This document shows, one piece after another, positions 53,613 to 62,630 of a DNA stretch of 64,000 nucleotides. The DNA is taken from the NCBI GenBank assembly GCA_963726255.1, contig CAVSBL010000002.1:64001-128000 (forward strand). The letters run 5' to 3'. This DNA is from Candidatus Bathyarchaeota archaeon. Lineage in GTDB: Archaea; Thermoproteota; Bathyarchaeia; 40CM-2-53-6. Every line of letters starts with the position of its first letter. Position 1 is the first letter of the stretch. The notes beneath the pieces are model-generated. The model did not search any database, was not told the origin of the DNA, and saw only the letters and a list, made by a program, of their open reading frames with translations. The position numbers were made by a program, and so were the translations under genes.

Positions 53613-54710
53613 TTGGCGCGCGTAATATTTCACGTTGATCTGGATGCTTTCTATGCTTCGGTGGAGCAAAGGGAGAACCCATCCCTACGTGGCGTCCCAC
53701 TCATTATTGGCGCCGATCCTAAAGCGGGAAAGGGCAGGGGCGTTGTTGTTGCCTGTTCCTATGAAGCGAGAAAGTTTGGGCTTCACTCGGGCCAGCCCAT
53801 TTCTAGAGCTTACAGACTATGCCCGCGAGGCGTGTATGTTCCACCCAACCTCGCATTATACGGCCAAGTTTCCGCAGATGTTATGGAGCGAATCAAGAAG
53901 TATGCTGATAGATTTGAGCAGGTGAGCATAGACGAAGCATACTTGGATGTGACTGAAGGCAGCAAACGTTACGGTAGCCCTATTGAACTGGCTAAGCTGA
54001 TTAAAGCTGACGTCAAGGAACATGAGGGGCTCACCTGCTCTATCGGAATAGCTCCGAACAAATCTACCGCGAAGATAGCTTCAGATTTCAAGAAGCCTGA
54101 TGGCCTAACGTACGTGGAGCCCGCTCATGTCAAGGATTTCCTCGCTCCACTACCAGTTTCCAAGATAAGCGGGGTTGGAAAGAAGACAGAGCTAAGGCTC
54201 AACCAACTTGGAATCAAAACCATAGGTGACCTTGCGAAATACCCACCGAAAAACCTCCTCAAAGAGTTCGGCAAATCCGCAGTCTGGCTCTGGGCCATAG
54301 CCAACGGCGAAGAGCAGGTGGAAGTTCAAGAGAATTATGTTATGAAATCCATTGGGGCCGAGCACACGTTTGACATCGACACGGATGACTGGGTTGCGAT
54401 AGATCGTCAACTCCTCGACCTAATCGACCTTGTCTACAAGAGATTGATTGACGAAAGTATGTCTTTTCGTACCGTAACGTTGAAGATTAGGTTCGTTGGC
54501 TTCGAGACTTATACCCGAGCAAAAACACTGCGATTCACAGCTTCGAACAAGGACGCAATCGTCGAATCAATACGATTTCTCGTAGAAGAGTTCAAGAATC
54601 ATCCAAAGAAGGTACGACTTCTCGGTGTCAGGTTATCCGGCTTAGAGGAGAAAGCTGGGAAACGGGCAGCGAAGAATACCTTGGATGCCTTTGGCGCGAG
54701 TCGGCCTTAG
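53613..54710 (+). CDS. dinB: Y-family DNA polymerase IV (DinB/Dpo4)
   Basis: HVDLDAFYASVE, SYEARKFG, SIDEAYLD and KIASD..KPDG. Confidence 0.96.
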   Translation: MARVIFHVDLDAFYASVEQRENPSLRGVPLIIGADPKAGKGRGVVVACSYEARKFGLHSGQPISRAYRLCPRGVYVPPNLALYGQVSADVMERIKKYADRFEQVSIDEAYLDVTEGSKRYGSPIELAKLIKADVKEHEGLTCSIGIAPNKSTAKIASDFKKPDGLTYVEPAHVKDFLAPLPVSKISGVGKKTELRLNQLGIKTIGDLAKYPPKNLLKEFGKSAVWLWAIANGEEQVEVQENYVMKSIGAEHTFDIDTDDWVAIDRQLLDLIDLVYKRLIDESMSFRTVTLKIRFVGFETYTRAKTLRFTASNKDAIVESIRFLVEEFKNHPKKVRLLGVRLSGLEEKAGKRAAKNTLDAFGASRP

Positions 54711-55687
54711 CTTGTTAGCTTCAATTCTGGTAGAATGTGGTTCACTGTGGCGCGCAGGGCTTCTATCTCCTGAGGGTGCATCCGTCGTAGCGGGAGCTTC
54801 ACGTAGCCGCTCCTCAGCCCCCTCATCTTCAGAGTCTCCAGGATTGGTGCAATAGGAGGTGTAGACAAGACATTGCGAATTGCGCGCATTTTCATTTGAA
54901 CAGTCTTTCCTTTCTCCAAATCTTTCGCTTTGTACGCTTCGTACAATTCAACAAAATGTTCGGGAAAAGCGTTCGCAATCGCCGACACGCCTCCGTGAAC
55001 GCCCGCGCAGAAGGCTGAAAACAAATACGAGTCCGTTCCAGTGATGACATTGAACTCATCGGGAACTATGCGCAGGTAATCCAACAGCTGCGTGAAATCG
55101 CCGCTGCTATCTTTGATTCCAACAACTTTCGGAATCCTACTCAGCCTCTCGAGTAACTTGGCGTTGACATTGAACCCTGTATTTGGGGGGATATTGTAGA
55201 CAAACAAGGGGAGGTCCGTGGCGCGGGATATTTTCTCATAGTACTCGATAATTGCATCTTCCCCCGGATGATAGTAGAACGGGGTCAGGCTGGCCACGGC
55301 GTCGGCCCCAATGTTTTCAGCGTGGCGTGCCAGTTCTAGGCTAGCGTTCGGGTCAGATGCGCCTACCTGCACGATGACCGGGACGCGGCCATTCGTTTCT
55401 TCCACAACAACCTCCGCAACTCGTTTTCTCTCACTCGTCTCCATCGCCGGACCCATCCCAGTAGTTCCAAGCGGGTAGAAGCCGTTAACTCTGCTTCTCA
55501 ACTGGAATTGAACAATTTCGCGTAATGCCTCTTCATCAACCTCACCGTTCTGTGCAAAAGGCGTCACAAGGGCTGTAACAATGCCTCGGAGCTTGAAGTT
55601 GTTCGCCATCGAGCTAGTTCGCCGCGAAAGGCGTTTGTAACCGTAACTAAAATGCGTTAGTATTCTCAGAGAATCGCGACCCAGCAA
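54707..55687 (-). CDS. DapA/NAL-family class I aldolase (start probably about 55609)
   Basis: ALVTPF, GTTG, YNIP and GIKDSSG. Confidence 0.88.
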   Translation of the reverse strand: MLGRDSLRILTHFSYGYKRLSRRTSSMANNFKLRGIVTALVTPFAQNGEVDEEALREIVQFQLRSRVNGFYPLGTTGMGPAMETSERKRVAEVVVEETNGRVPVIVQVGASDPNASLELARHAENIGADAVASLTPFYYHPGEDAIIEYYEKISRATDLPLFVYNIPPNTGFNVNAKLLERLSRIPKVVGIKDSSGDFTQLLDYLRIVPDEFNVITGTDSYLFSAFCAGVHGGVSAIANAFPEHFVELYEAYKAKDLEKGKTVQMKMRAIRNVLSTPPIAPILETLKMRGLRSGYVKLPLRRMHPQEIEALRATVNHILPELKLTS

Positions 55688-55740
55688 TTAGGGCCCGAAT
55701 TGTTCAACGATAGCTTCAAAGCCGAGAATGGTTCCCGGCC

Positions 55741-56094
55741 ATGTTCATGGAATATCGAATGAAATTGCATTCGGCAGATTTCGATGGCAAACGGTTGAAG
55801 AGCACGGGAACAATCCCTGTACTATTCTATGCACAATGGTGCCCTTTCTGCAGAAGTTTCGATCCAAAGTTCGAGGCTGCGATGAACGGTAAGGGCGTGC
55901 GTTGGGCGGAGGTTGACATCAGCGACGATGAGGATCCGCTCTGGGAAACTTTCAACATAAACGTCGTCCCGACGGTAATTGTCTTCAAAGACGGCCAACC
56001 AATCTTCAGAAGGGATGGTTTACTCGGACGTGGCCTGTCGGAGAAGGCAATCGAAGAGACTCTTCAGGAGATCGAGACGCATGCAACACACTAG
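55741..56094 (+). CDS. Thioredoxin-family protein
   Basis: FYAQWCPFC and VVPT.IVFKDG. Confidence 0.88.
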   Translation: MFMEYRMKLHSADFDGKRLKSTGTIPVLFYAQWCPFCRSFDPKFEAAMNGKGVRWAEVDISDDEDPLWETFNINVVPTVIVFKDGQPIFRRDGLLGRGLSEKAIEETLQEIETHATH

Positions 56095-56099
56095 ACGTT

Positions 56100-56399
56100 C
56101 TAACCATCGCACTCATACACAGTTTCACGGTCAAGTGGTTTGCCCTTCCTAAACCTCCATATTTCGACTGTTCCATGGAAAGCCTCTCCCCATAGCTTCA
56201 GCGTCTTACGGTCTTCGTCTGTAGCTCTGCCTTCTCCGCTTTTCACTTGAACCATCAACATGCGCCCTCCGCGGCCAGCGAAAATATCAACTGGACCGTG
56301 AGAGGCTGCGCTTCTACTGCAAAACCAGCCTTCCTTCCTCAACATGCGTAGGACTTGGTATTCGCGGCTCCTGCCTCTAGTGTATGGGGTAGATACCAT
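56100..56399 (-). CDS. Hjc-like PD-(D/E)xK nuclease (Holliday junction resolvase family)
   Basis: G..RE.....L...GW...R.A.S...VDI.A......QVK. Confidence 0.75.
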   Translation of the reverse strand: MVSTPYTRGRSREYQVLRMLRKEGWFCSRSAASHGPVDIFAGRGGRMLMVQVKSGEGRATDEDRKTLKLWGEAFHGTVEIWRFRKGKPLDRETVYECDG

Positions 56400-56493
56400 C
56401 TATCTTCCAATCCCTCTGGATGCTCAATTCTCCACCATGAATGTGTGCTATTCGCACCGGCCCAACGAGTTTACAATTAACGCAGATATGTGA

Positions 56494-56530
56494 AATACTT
56501 AACACCACTCTATAGTGTTGGTTAAAACAC
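56494..56530 (+). repeat. 37-bp repeat R1, copy 1
   Basis: AATACTTAACACCACTCTATAGTGTTGGTTAAAACAC, identical to 60160-60196. Confidence 0.92.
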
Positions 56531-56667
56531 GTTTTTTGACTCAGCAGATTGCTTAATCAAGTAAATCAGCTCATTAGTGCTGGTAAAATCCAAAATTCTG
56601 TGAGAATCTAGTACTGATCTCTTTCCAACCTAGTTTACCTAGTGTTTAATGGAAGTCTAGAAGATGA

Positions 56668-56706
56668 GTTCAAATTTGCTTGCCCGCACCAGCTGACCCA
56701 CACACA
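56668..56706 (+). repeat. Repeat R2; inverted copy at 62293-62329
   Basis: GTTCAAATTTGC(T/C)TGCCCG..CAGCTGACCC, 29/32 identical. Confidence 0.8.
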
Positions 56707-56723
56707 AATCTGATTACCCTTGT

Positions 56724-57050
56724 GTGAGAGTTTGTTTCAGGCAGTATCCCTTGGAATCATCATCTGTGATTATTCGTAACTACGTGAAAGAGAGCGACTT
56801 GCAAGGATGCGCTTTCTTGTTGAGAGAGTTGACCGAGTGGCATCGCGAAATGTATGAAAACCCGCTCACTAAGTGGGGTCCCATAGAGAGTGACTATGAC
56901 AGAGATCTAGATACCGTGGATCCAAGCCTGTTTTGGGTTGTTGTCCACGGTTCCAAAGTCATAGGAATGGTTGGACTTCTCAAGGAAGGAAGGTGGGGAA
57001 AGGACGCCGAAGTCGAGCCCATCATGGTCACCCGGGAATTTTCCCTTGAA
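56724..57050 (+). pseudogene. Truncated GNAT acetyltransferase
   Basis: IIRNY..SD...FWVVVHGSKVIGMVGL...AEVEPIMV; the acetyl-CoA motif is missing and the ORF runs antisense into tbp. Confidence 0.55.
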
Positions 57051-57095
57051 TGCCATGTCAAGGATAGAAGGGAGCATTGCGTCTCCGATTCGGAA

Positions 57096-57665
57096 CTACG
57101 GGTAGGTTATGAGCCCTTTCTCTTCAAGCGTTCCTTGCAGTTTTGCGATGGATCTGTGTACCTCCGCCTCTTTCTTGCCGCCCGTACAAACGAGCTTTCC
57201 GCTTCCGAAGATTAGTATGACTACTTTCGGGTCTTCCATTCTGTAGATGAGGCCGGGGAACTGTTCGGGTTCATACATCGTATGTCTGAGTGAATAGGTC
57301 GCCTTTTCCAAATCAATATGGCCGCCTAAACCTGCCGAAGCCACTATGTTTTGAACCTGAATCTCAGGCTTACTCAGAATGACGATCCCGTTACGGTTGA
57401 GCTCGTCCGCAACTTTCGCGACGGCCTTGTGAGCCTGCCGCTCCGACTTCGTCCCAGTGCAGACCATTTTACCCGAGCCGAAGATCAACGTAGTGGACTT
57501 CGGTTTCTTCAATCGATATACTAAACCGGGAAATTGTTCAGGCCGATATTCGACGCCAGGGAACACGCGCACAATAGAGTTCAGGTCAATATTCTGGTGG
57601 AGATTACCTGTCGCGACCACGTTCTCTATGCTGATGTACGCTTTGTGTTCGGCCAGAGGGCGCAC
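57096..57665 (-). CDS. tbp: TATA-box binding protein
   Basis: Two repeats of NVVA/NIVA...YxPEQFPGLxYR...LIFGSGKxVCTG. Confidence 0.97.
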   Translation of the reverse strand: MRPLAEHKAYISIENVVATGNLHQNIDLNSIVRVFPGVEYRPEQFPGLVYRLKKPKSTTLIFGSGKMVCTGTKSERQAHKAVAKVADELNRNGIVILSKPEIQVQNIVASAGLGGHIDLEKATYSLRHTMYEPEQFPGLIYRMEDPKVVILIFGSGKLVCTGGKKEAEVHRSIAKLQGTLEEKGLITYP

Positions 57666-57676
57666 CCGAGTGATAC

Positions 57677-58087
57677 TTAAGGTGCGCTTTGTGAAGGAAG
57701 CCTATCTATCATCCGCCTCTCGTGAACCTCGAAATAGTGTCGGTATCCTTTCGCGTCCTCCTCGTAATCATACTTCGTCAGCGTACGCCGGTCTATGTAC
57801 AAACCTGACCCAAGGTGATCCATCTGCATATTTCTTGTGCGAGTTGTCTGAACATCGAGAATGTCCACGTAGTTCAGCCCCTTACCCGGCTTCCACTCCG
57901 TGACTGGAGAGGGCTCACTCATCGTGATGAGCTTCAAGAAGTGTCTGGGAGAACGCTGTTCACTGTGGCCACCTCGACAAGCAAAAACCTTTGAGTCCAT
58001 GAAATCATTGAAATGCTCATAGCTTCCGGTGAACTCAAACCGGACACCGCATTTTTGGCAGCAACACAAGAAGACACGATTTGACAT
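57677..58087 (-). CDS. Hypothetical protein with a putative Zn-binding N-terminus, coupled to tbp
   Basis: CQKC...C..GH; ends about 11 nt before tbp. Confidence 0.6.
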   Translation of the reverse strand: MSNRVFLCCCQKCGVRFEFTGSYEHFNDFMDSKVFACRGGHSEQRSPRHFLKLITMSEPSPVTEWKPGKGLNYVDILDVQTTRTRNMQMDHLGSGLYIDRRTLTKYDYEEDAKGYRHYFEVHERRMIDRLPSQSAP

Positions 58088-58772
58088 GGGCCTCTATAGT
58101 CCGCTCACCTAATAGACGTCCCTACCAGGAATCTCAAACAGCAAGCCATCAAATCCGCCACAAGAACCGAAGTGTTGTTTGCGACATCACTGAGAGCCAA
58201 CATGCTATTCTACCACGAATTCTGTAGTTATCCTAATCGAAATCCAAACCGCTCCGTCTGCTTATGTGTACCGGATAGCCAGGACGTGCGATCTTAGGAA
58301 CTAATCAGCAAGAGAAGAGCCCGCACCACTAGCCCCACCCCCCCAAAGTCCAGAAAACTTTTGAGAAAGAACCTGACTTTATACCAATTGCTAACAAGTC
58401 CCGAGCCCCGGCCAGGGCGATGACGGAACCAACTCTAAAACAGAATGTACCAAGAATTGAACAAGACTTGGCCCTAATGGCCATAATGATTTAGCAGAAA
58501 ACTTCTAAATCACGAATTTCGTTGTGAACTCTACTTGTCTTTCTATCCTTATATTGAACCAAGGCGAGAATGCACAAAGTTAGTTGTCGAGAACGAGAGG
58601 CACGAGTCATTTGCAACGATTGACCGCATGTTCTTCTTCTTGATGCAACTGACCGAAGTCGCCGAAGTCTGAGGAAACAACCGAAATCTCGTTCCGACGA
58701 TAAGTGAAAGACGGAACCAGTCTTCGGTCTTCATCTTGGACCCGCGACGTGGAAGATAAGGAGAAAAAATCT

Positions 58773-60017
58773 GTGAGTACTTTCGAGAAACTGGGTTTAA
58801 GCCCAGAAATATTGGATGCTATCAAAGCACTTGGATTCGAGCGACAGTTTCCGATCCAAGAAGCAACGATTCCGCTTCTGCAACACGGAACCGATGTGAT
58901 TGGTCAAGCTCATACCGGAACTGGAAAAACCGCAGCCTTCGGGATACCGCTCCTAGAGATCGTTGACGAAAAGAACCTGAATATTCAAGCGCTGGTGCTC
59001 GTTCCGACACGCGAGCTTGCAGTGCAAGTAGCAGGCGACATCAACTCGTATGGCAGATTCACTCGCAAGCGTGCTCTTGCAATCTATGGTGGTCAATCAA
59101 TTAATGTTCAAATACGCGCCTTAGAAGATTGCCCGCAGATCATAGTTGGAACACCCGGGCGAGTCATCGACCATATAGAACGTGGATCCCTTCACCTTGA
59201 AAAAGTTCAGTGCGTTGTTCTGGATGAGGCTGACAGGTTGCTGGACATGGGCTTCATTCATGACGTTGAGCATATCCTAACTAAGACTAGAAGTAAACGT
59301 CAAATCGCGTTCTTCTCCGCAACGATGCCCAAAGAAGTACTGAAACTTGCCCGCAGGCATATGAAGAACCCTCGCGAAATCCTGATCGAACCGGAGGATT
59401 TCAACGTCAAGGAAATCAGCCAATACTACTACCAAGTTGACCATGAAAGAAAACTTGATGCGCTCCTAAGAATCCTGCAGGACAAAGAAGTACAACGTGC
59501 CATAGTTTTCTGTCGAACCAAACGCAGCACATTCTGGCTGAACCAATCACTCGGGAGAAGAAATCAAGACGCCATAGCACTAAACGGCGACCTCACCCAA
59601 CATCAACGCGATAGAGCAATGAACGCATTTCGAAGCGGTCACAGCCGTATACTGGTTGCCACTGACCTAGCGGGAAGAGGTTTAGACATTGACGGAGTTA
59701 CACACATCATCAACTATGACGTCCCTCAGAATCCGTACACTTACTTCCACAGGATTGGTCGAACCGGACGAGCTGGAAAAACAGGAACCGCAGTGACGAT
59801 AGTATCCGCGGAGCAAAATGGCGACTTTCGGGCAATACAATCGATGGCAGACGACCGGATTGAGCGACTTAACTTCACCTCTGGCCCTGGGGGAGAGAGG
59901 AATCGTGGATATCTAGTGGTGAAACTCGTCGCGCGTTCGGGGGAAGATCACGATACCCAAGGCACCGCCGCCGTTCAAACTATCGATATTCGCGCCGCTG
60001 AAGCTGCGCATTCATGA
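58773..60017 (+). CDS. DEAD-box RNA helicase (DeaD/CshA-like)
   Basis: Q motif, AHTGTGKT, PTRELA, DEAD, SAT and HRIGRTGR; GTG at 58773 follows AAGGAGA; tail probably frameshifted. Confidence 0.95.
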   Translation: MSTFEKLGLSPEILDAIKALGFERQFPIQEATIPLLQHGTDVIGQAHTGTGKTAAFGIPLLEIVDEKNLNIQALVLVPTRELAVQVAGDINSYGRFTRKRALAIYGGQSINVQIRALEDCPQIIVGTPGRVIDHIERGSLHLEKVQCVVLDEADRLLDMGFIHDVEHILTKTRSKRQIAFFSATMPKEVLKLARRHMKNPREILIEPEDFNVKEISQYYYQVDHERKLDALLRILQDKEVQRAIVFCRTKRSTFWLNQSLGRRNQDAIALNGDLTQHQRDRAMNAFRSGHSRILVATDLAGRGLDIDGVTHIINYDVPQNPYTYFHRIGRTGRAGKTGTAVTIVSAEQNGDFRAIQSMADDRIERLNFTSGPGGERNRGYLVVKLVARSGEDHDTQGTAAVQTIDIRAAEAAHS

Positions 60018-60107
60018 AATACTGTAGCGGCTAGTATCCTATACTTCTATACTACCGTAAAATGAACAAACACATCCTACCATTTCGCCCCGAAGGGGCG
60101 CGGCGAA

Positions 60108-60142
60108 GTGTGTGTGTGCGTACCACTCGACCCACACACACT
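60108..60142 (+). repeat. Hairpin repeat R3 (GTGTGTG...CACACAC); inverted copy at 62339-62369
   Basis: 27/31 identity to the reverse complement of 62339-62369. Confidence 0.78.
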
Positions 60143-60159
60143 ACTGAGCGAATGAGGAT

Positions 60160-60196
60160 AATACTTAACACCACTCTATAGTGTTGGTTAAAACAC
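60160..60196 (+). repeat. 37-bp repeat R1, copy 2
   Basis: Identical to 56494-56530; similarity extends to 46/49. Confidence 0.92.
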
Positions 60197-60266
60197 AATT
60201 CTTGACTCCAAAGGCTCAGCGAACGACAAACTTCCGGGGTTCATCCGGTCAAGCGCAGAAAAACAC

Positions 60267-60294
60267 GGGGGTTCAAATCCCACCCCCGGCGCCA
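60267..60294 (+). other. tRNA 3'-end fragment (Ser-like), possible att scar
   Basis: GGGGGTTCAAATCCCACCCCCGGCGCCA with no 5' tRNA half upstream. Confidence 0.7.
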
Positions 60295-60330
60295 AGGCAT
60301 GAACGCGCGGATTTCACAGTTTTCGAGGGA

Positions 60331-62022
60331 TTAATCGCAGGCGGGTCGTGGATTCCACAACTTTGACAATAGACTGCCCCCACTCTTCGGAGCTTGAGCC
60401 GCTTGTGTTGGCCCGCTTGGTTTTCTGCGCCTGGAGGCGACGATAACCGCACCGACGAGTAGGATGACGGCAGCGAGTATCAGCAATTGGTTTTGCTGAA
60501 GCATGCTCGTCAAATCTCCGACCACTGGGCTGGGAGCCTGCGTGCTTGTTTGAGTTGATGTCTGTGTGGCTGGATTAATGTTCAGGACGAGGTTGGCAGC
60601 TCTGTTTACTCCACCGCCAGCCCCGGTTACTATTAATGTGAATGGTCCGGTGGGTGCGTTCGCTGGGAGCGTAACTGTAAGCGCTGAAGTAAAGTCTGGG
60701 GTTCCGGATGTAACGGTGAAAACCCCGTTGGCGCCGGACGGTAATCCTGACACGGACAAAGTGACTTGCGAGTTGAAACCGTTCAAACCGACCACGCTGA
60801 CCTGGTATGTGGTTGTTCCTCCCTGGGTCGATGTCTGGGATGGGGGGTTCACGTCTATTCTGAAGTCTGGTGACTGCCCAACCGTTAGCATGAATGCGGC
60901 TGTGTGTGATGTTGTTCCAGCGGTGCCCGTGATCGTTAAGGTGTACTTTCCAGAGGCCGCAGACGCTGTTGTTGTGATGGAGAGTATTGAACTGAACTTT
61001 GGCGTCCCTGATTTCGGATTCAGCGACGCAGAGACTCCCTTCGGAGCGCCAGTAACTTTCAAAGCCACGTTCTGGGACGTTCCCGATAACAGGCCGACCG
61101 TAACCGTTGAGGTTGTGCTTGCTCCGGGTGTGATGGTCCGTTGCGCTGGTGAGGCTGAGATGGAGAAGTCGAAGGGCTGTACCGTCTTCACCGTCAGAAG
61201 AGCGTTCGCCTGATGCTTCACGCCATGCGAAGAGCCGGTGAGAGTGACAGGGTAACTGCCCGGGGGAGTTGAGCTGGAGGTTGAAACCCGTAGGGTGGGT
61301 GGACTTGGTATCACCTGGTAATTCATTCCCGGGCCCAGGCCCGAGACCTGAATGTTGATGGTAGTACCGCTGTAGGAGGGGTCGCTGTAGGATATGAGGA
61401 CCTGAAACGTCGCAGTGTCACCCTGCTTCACCGTAACAATAGCCGGGGACAACCCGAGGCTGAAATCGAACGGGGTTGTCGCGGAGGTTATAATGACGTG
61501 TGTCACAGCGGTTTTCACGGCGGTTGTCGCGGAGGTTGTCGCCGCGGTTGTCGCGGAGGTTACAATGACGTGTGTGGGGGGAGCCACTTGGACCACTTGG
61601 AAGTAAGCAGATCCCAGTGCTACTATTTCGCCGCTACCTGACTCATCGACACCCACCACGGCAATATAGTTATTTCCAGGAGTGCTTAGGCCGGGAGGGG
61701 ATACTCGGTAAGTCAACTCGGGTGCTACGTTCATGATGGGTGCACTATCCCAAATGTGCGGATATGCCAAAGCGGGGCTCTTGCTCCAGTCATAAGTTGT
61801 AATACTTACGCGGGCAATTTCCATACCCGTCCACGCTATCCCAGCAGTTGCGATCCGGAAAGCAATCGTGAACGACTGGCCTACGGCCACAGATGTTGGA
61901 CTAACAGATACGTAAACAGTCCCCCCAGGCGCATTTACGGCCATAGTAACACCGCCCACCGACACGGCAAATAGGAGCAAAATCGCTAGACCGGATCTAG
62001 CTCGCAAAATCTCAATACTCAT
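60331..62022 (-). CDS. Ser/Thr-rich cell-surface glycoprotein with Ig-like repeats and C-terminal TM
   Basis: Signal peptide, three DF.I...P...T...G repeats, T-rich linkers and TM; the zinc-ribbon-like YCQSCG tail is out of frame. Confidence 0.85.
   Translation of the reverse strand: MSIEILRARSGLAILLLFAVSVGGVTMAVNAPGGTVYVSVSPTSVAVGQSFTIAFRIATAGIAWTGMEIARVSITTYDWSKSPALAYPHIWDSAPIMNVAPELTYRVSPPGLSTPGNNYIAVVGVDESGSGEIVALGSAYFQVVQVAPPTHVIVTSATTAATTSATTAVKTAVTHVIITSATTPFDFSLGLSPAIVTVKQGDTATFQVLISYSDPSYSGTTINIQVSGLGPGMNYQVIPSPPTLRVSTSSSTPPGSYPVTLTGSSHGVKHQANALLTVKTVQPFDFSISASPAQRTITPGASTTSTVTVGLLSGTSQNVALKVTGAPKGVSASLNPKSGTPKFSSILSITTTASAASGKYTLTITGTAGTTSHTAAFMLTVGQSPDFRIDVNPPSQTSTQGGTTTYQVSVVGLNGFNSQVTLSVSGLPSGANGVFTVTSGTPDFTSALTVTLPANAPTGPFTLIVTGAGGGVNRAANLVLNINPATQTSTQTSTQAPSPVVGDLTSMLQQNQLLILAAVILLVGAVIVASRRRKPSGPTQAAQAPKSGGSLLSKLWNPRPACD
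61474..61575. repeat. Intragenic tandem repeat encoding the Thr-rich linker
   Basis: 30-bp duplication (29/30) at 72-bp spacing plus 12-bp GGTTGTCGC units. Confidence 0.8.
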
Positions 62023-62578
62023 TCTCGTGAGTGGTAATTAATGGGCCGCGACGCTATTTGACACTTTGCATGAAACGTTCGAGAAATTGAGAGAACCGAA
62101 AACTCGACACGGGAGAACGAAGGCGCTGTTCATTGAAGCACCGACAAACCTACACACCCTCAAGAACGTCACTTTCTCTGATTGTCCTGAATTCTGTCAG
62201 CCAGACAGTCGCCACGGCAAAACCCAACCTCGCACGCGACAACAGAAGGACAGCTATGCGAGGGTTAGCGCGCACGCGTAAATCCCCCGAGCGTGTGGGG
62301 TCAGCTGCTACGGGCAGGCAAATTTGAACCGTATTTTCAGTGTGTGTGGGTCTGATGGTGCGCACACACTCCAGAGTGCAACAGGAAAGATTGTATTCGT
62401 CCGTAATAGTCTATCAGGAGCAAGAGAATTGCCTTCCTCGGGACCACACGGTTCGGACACCCTGGTCTAATCTTTTGTCCAGACGAGAGACACTTTCCCG
62501 TTAATTAGCAATGAAAAGGGACTATATGTGGTCAGTTCGATTTTCATTGAATCAACGCAAAATGACCCCCGATTTGCA

Positions 62579-62600
62579 TTTTAACCAACACTATAGCGTG
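62579..62600 (-). repeat. Partial inverted copy of R1
   Basis: TTTTAACCAACACTATAG is the exact reverse complement of 18 bp of R1 (21/22 when extended). Confidence 0.8.
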
Positions 62601-62630
62601 CTCTAAAATACTTAAGGCATCGGGGTTCGA

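Noticed and set aside
56494-60196. 37-bp palindromic repeat as a CRISPR array
   Set aside because: Only two full copies, 3.6 kb apart with genes between them; no spacer-sized intervals and no cas genes.
60267-60294. Split tRNA half
   Set aside because: Only the T-arm and acceptor 3' strand are present, with no anticodon half or complementary leader; better read as an att remnant.
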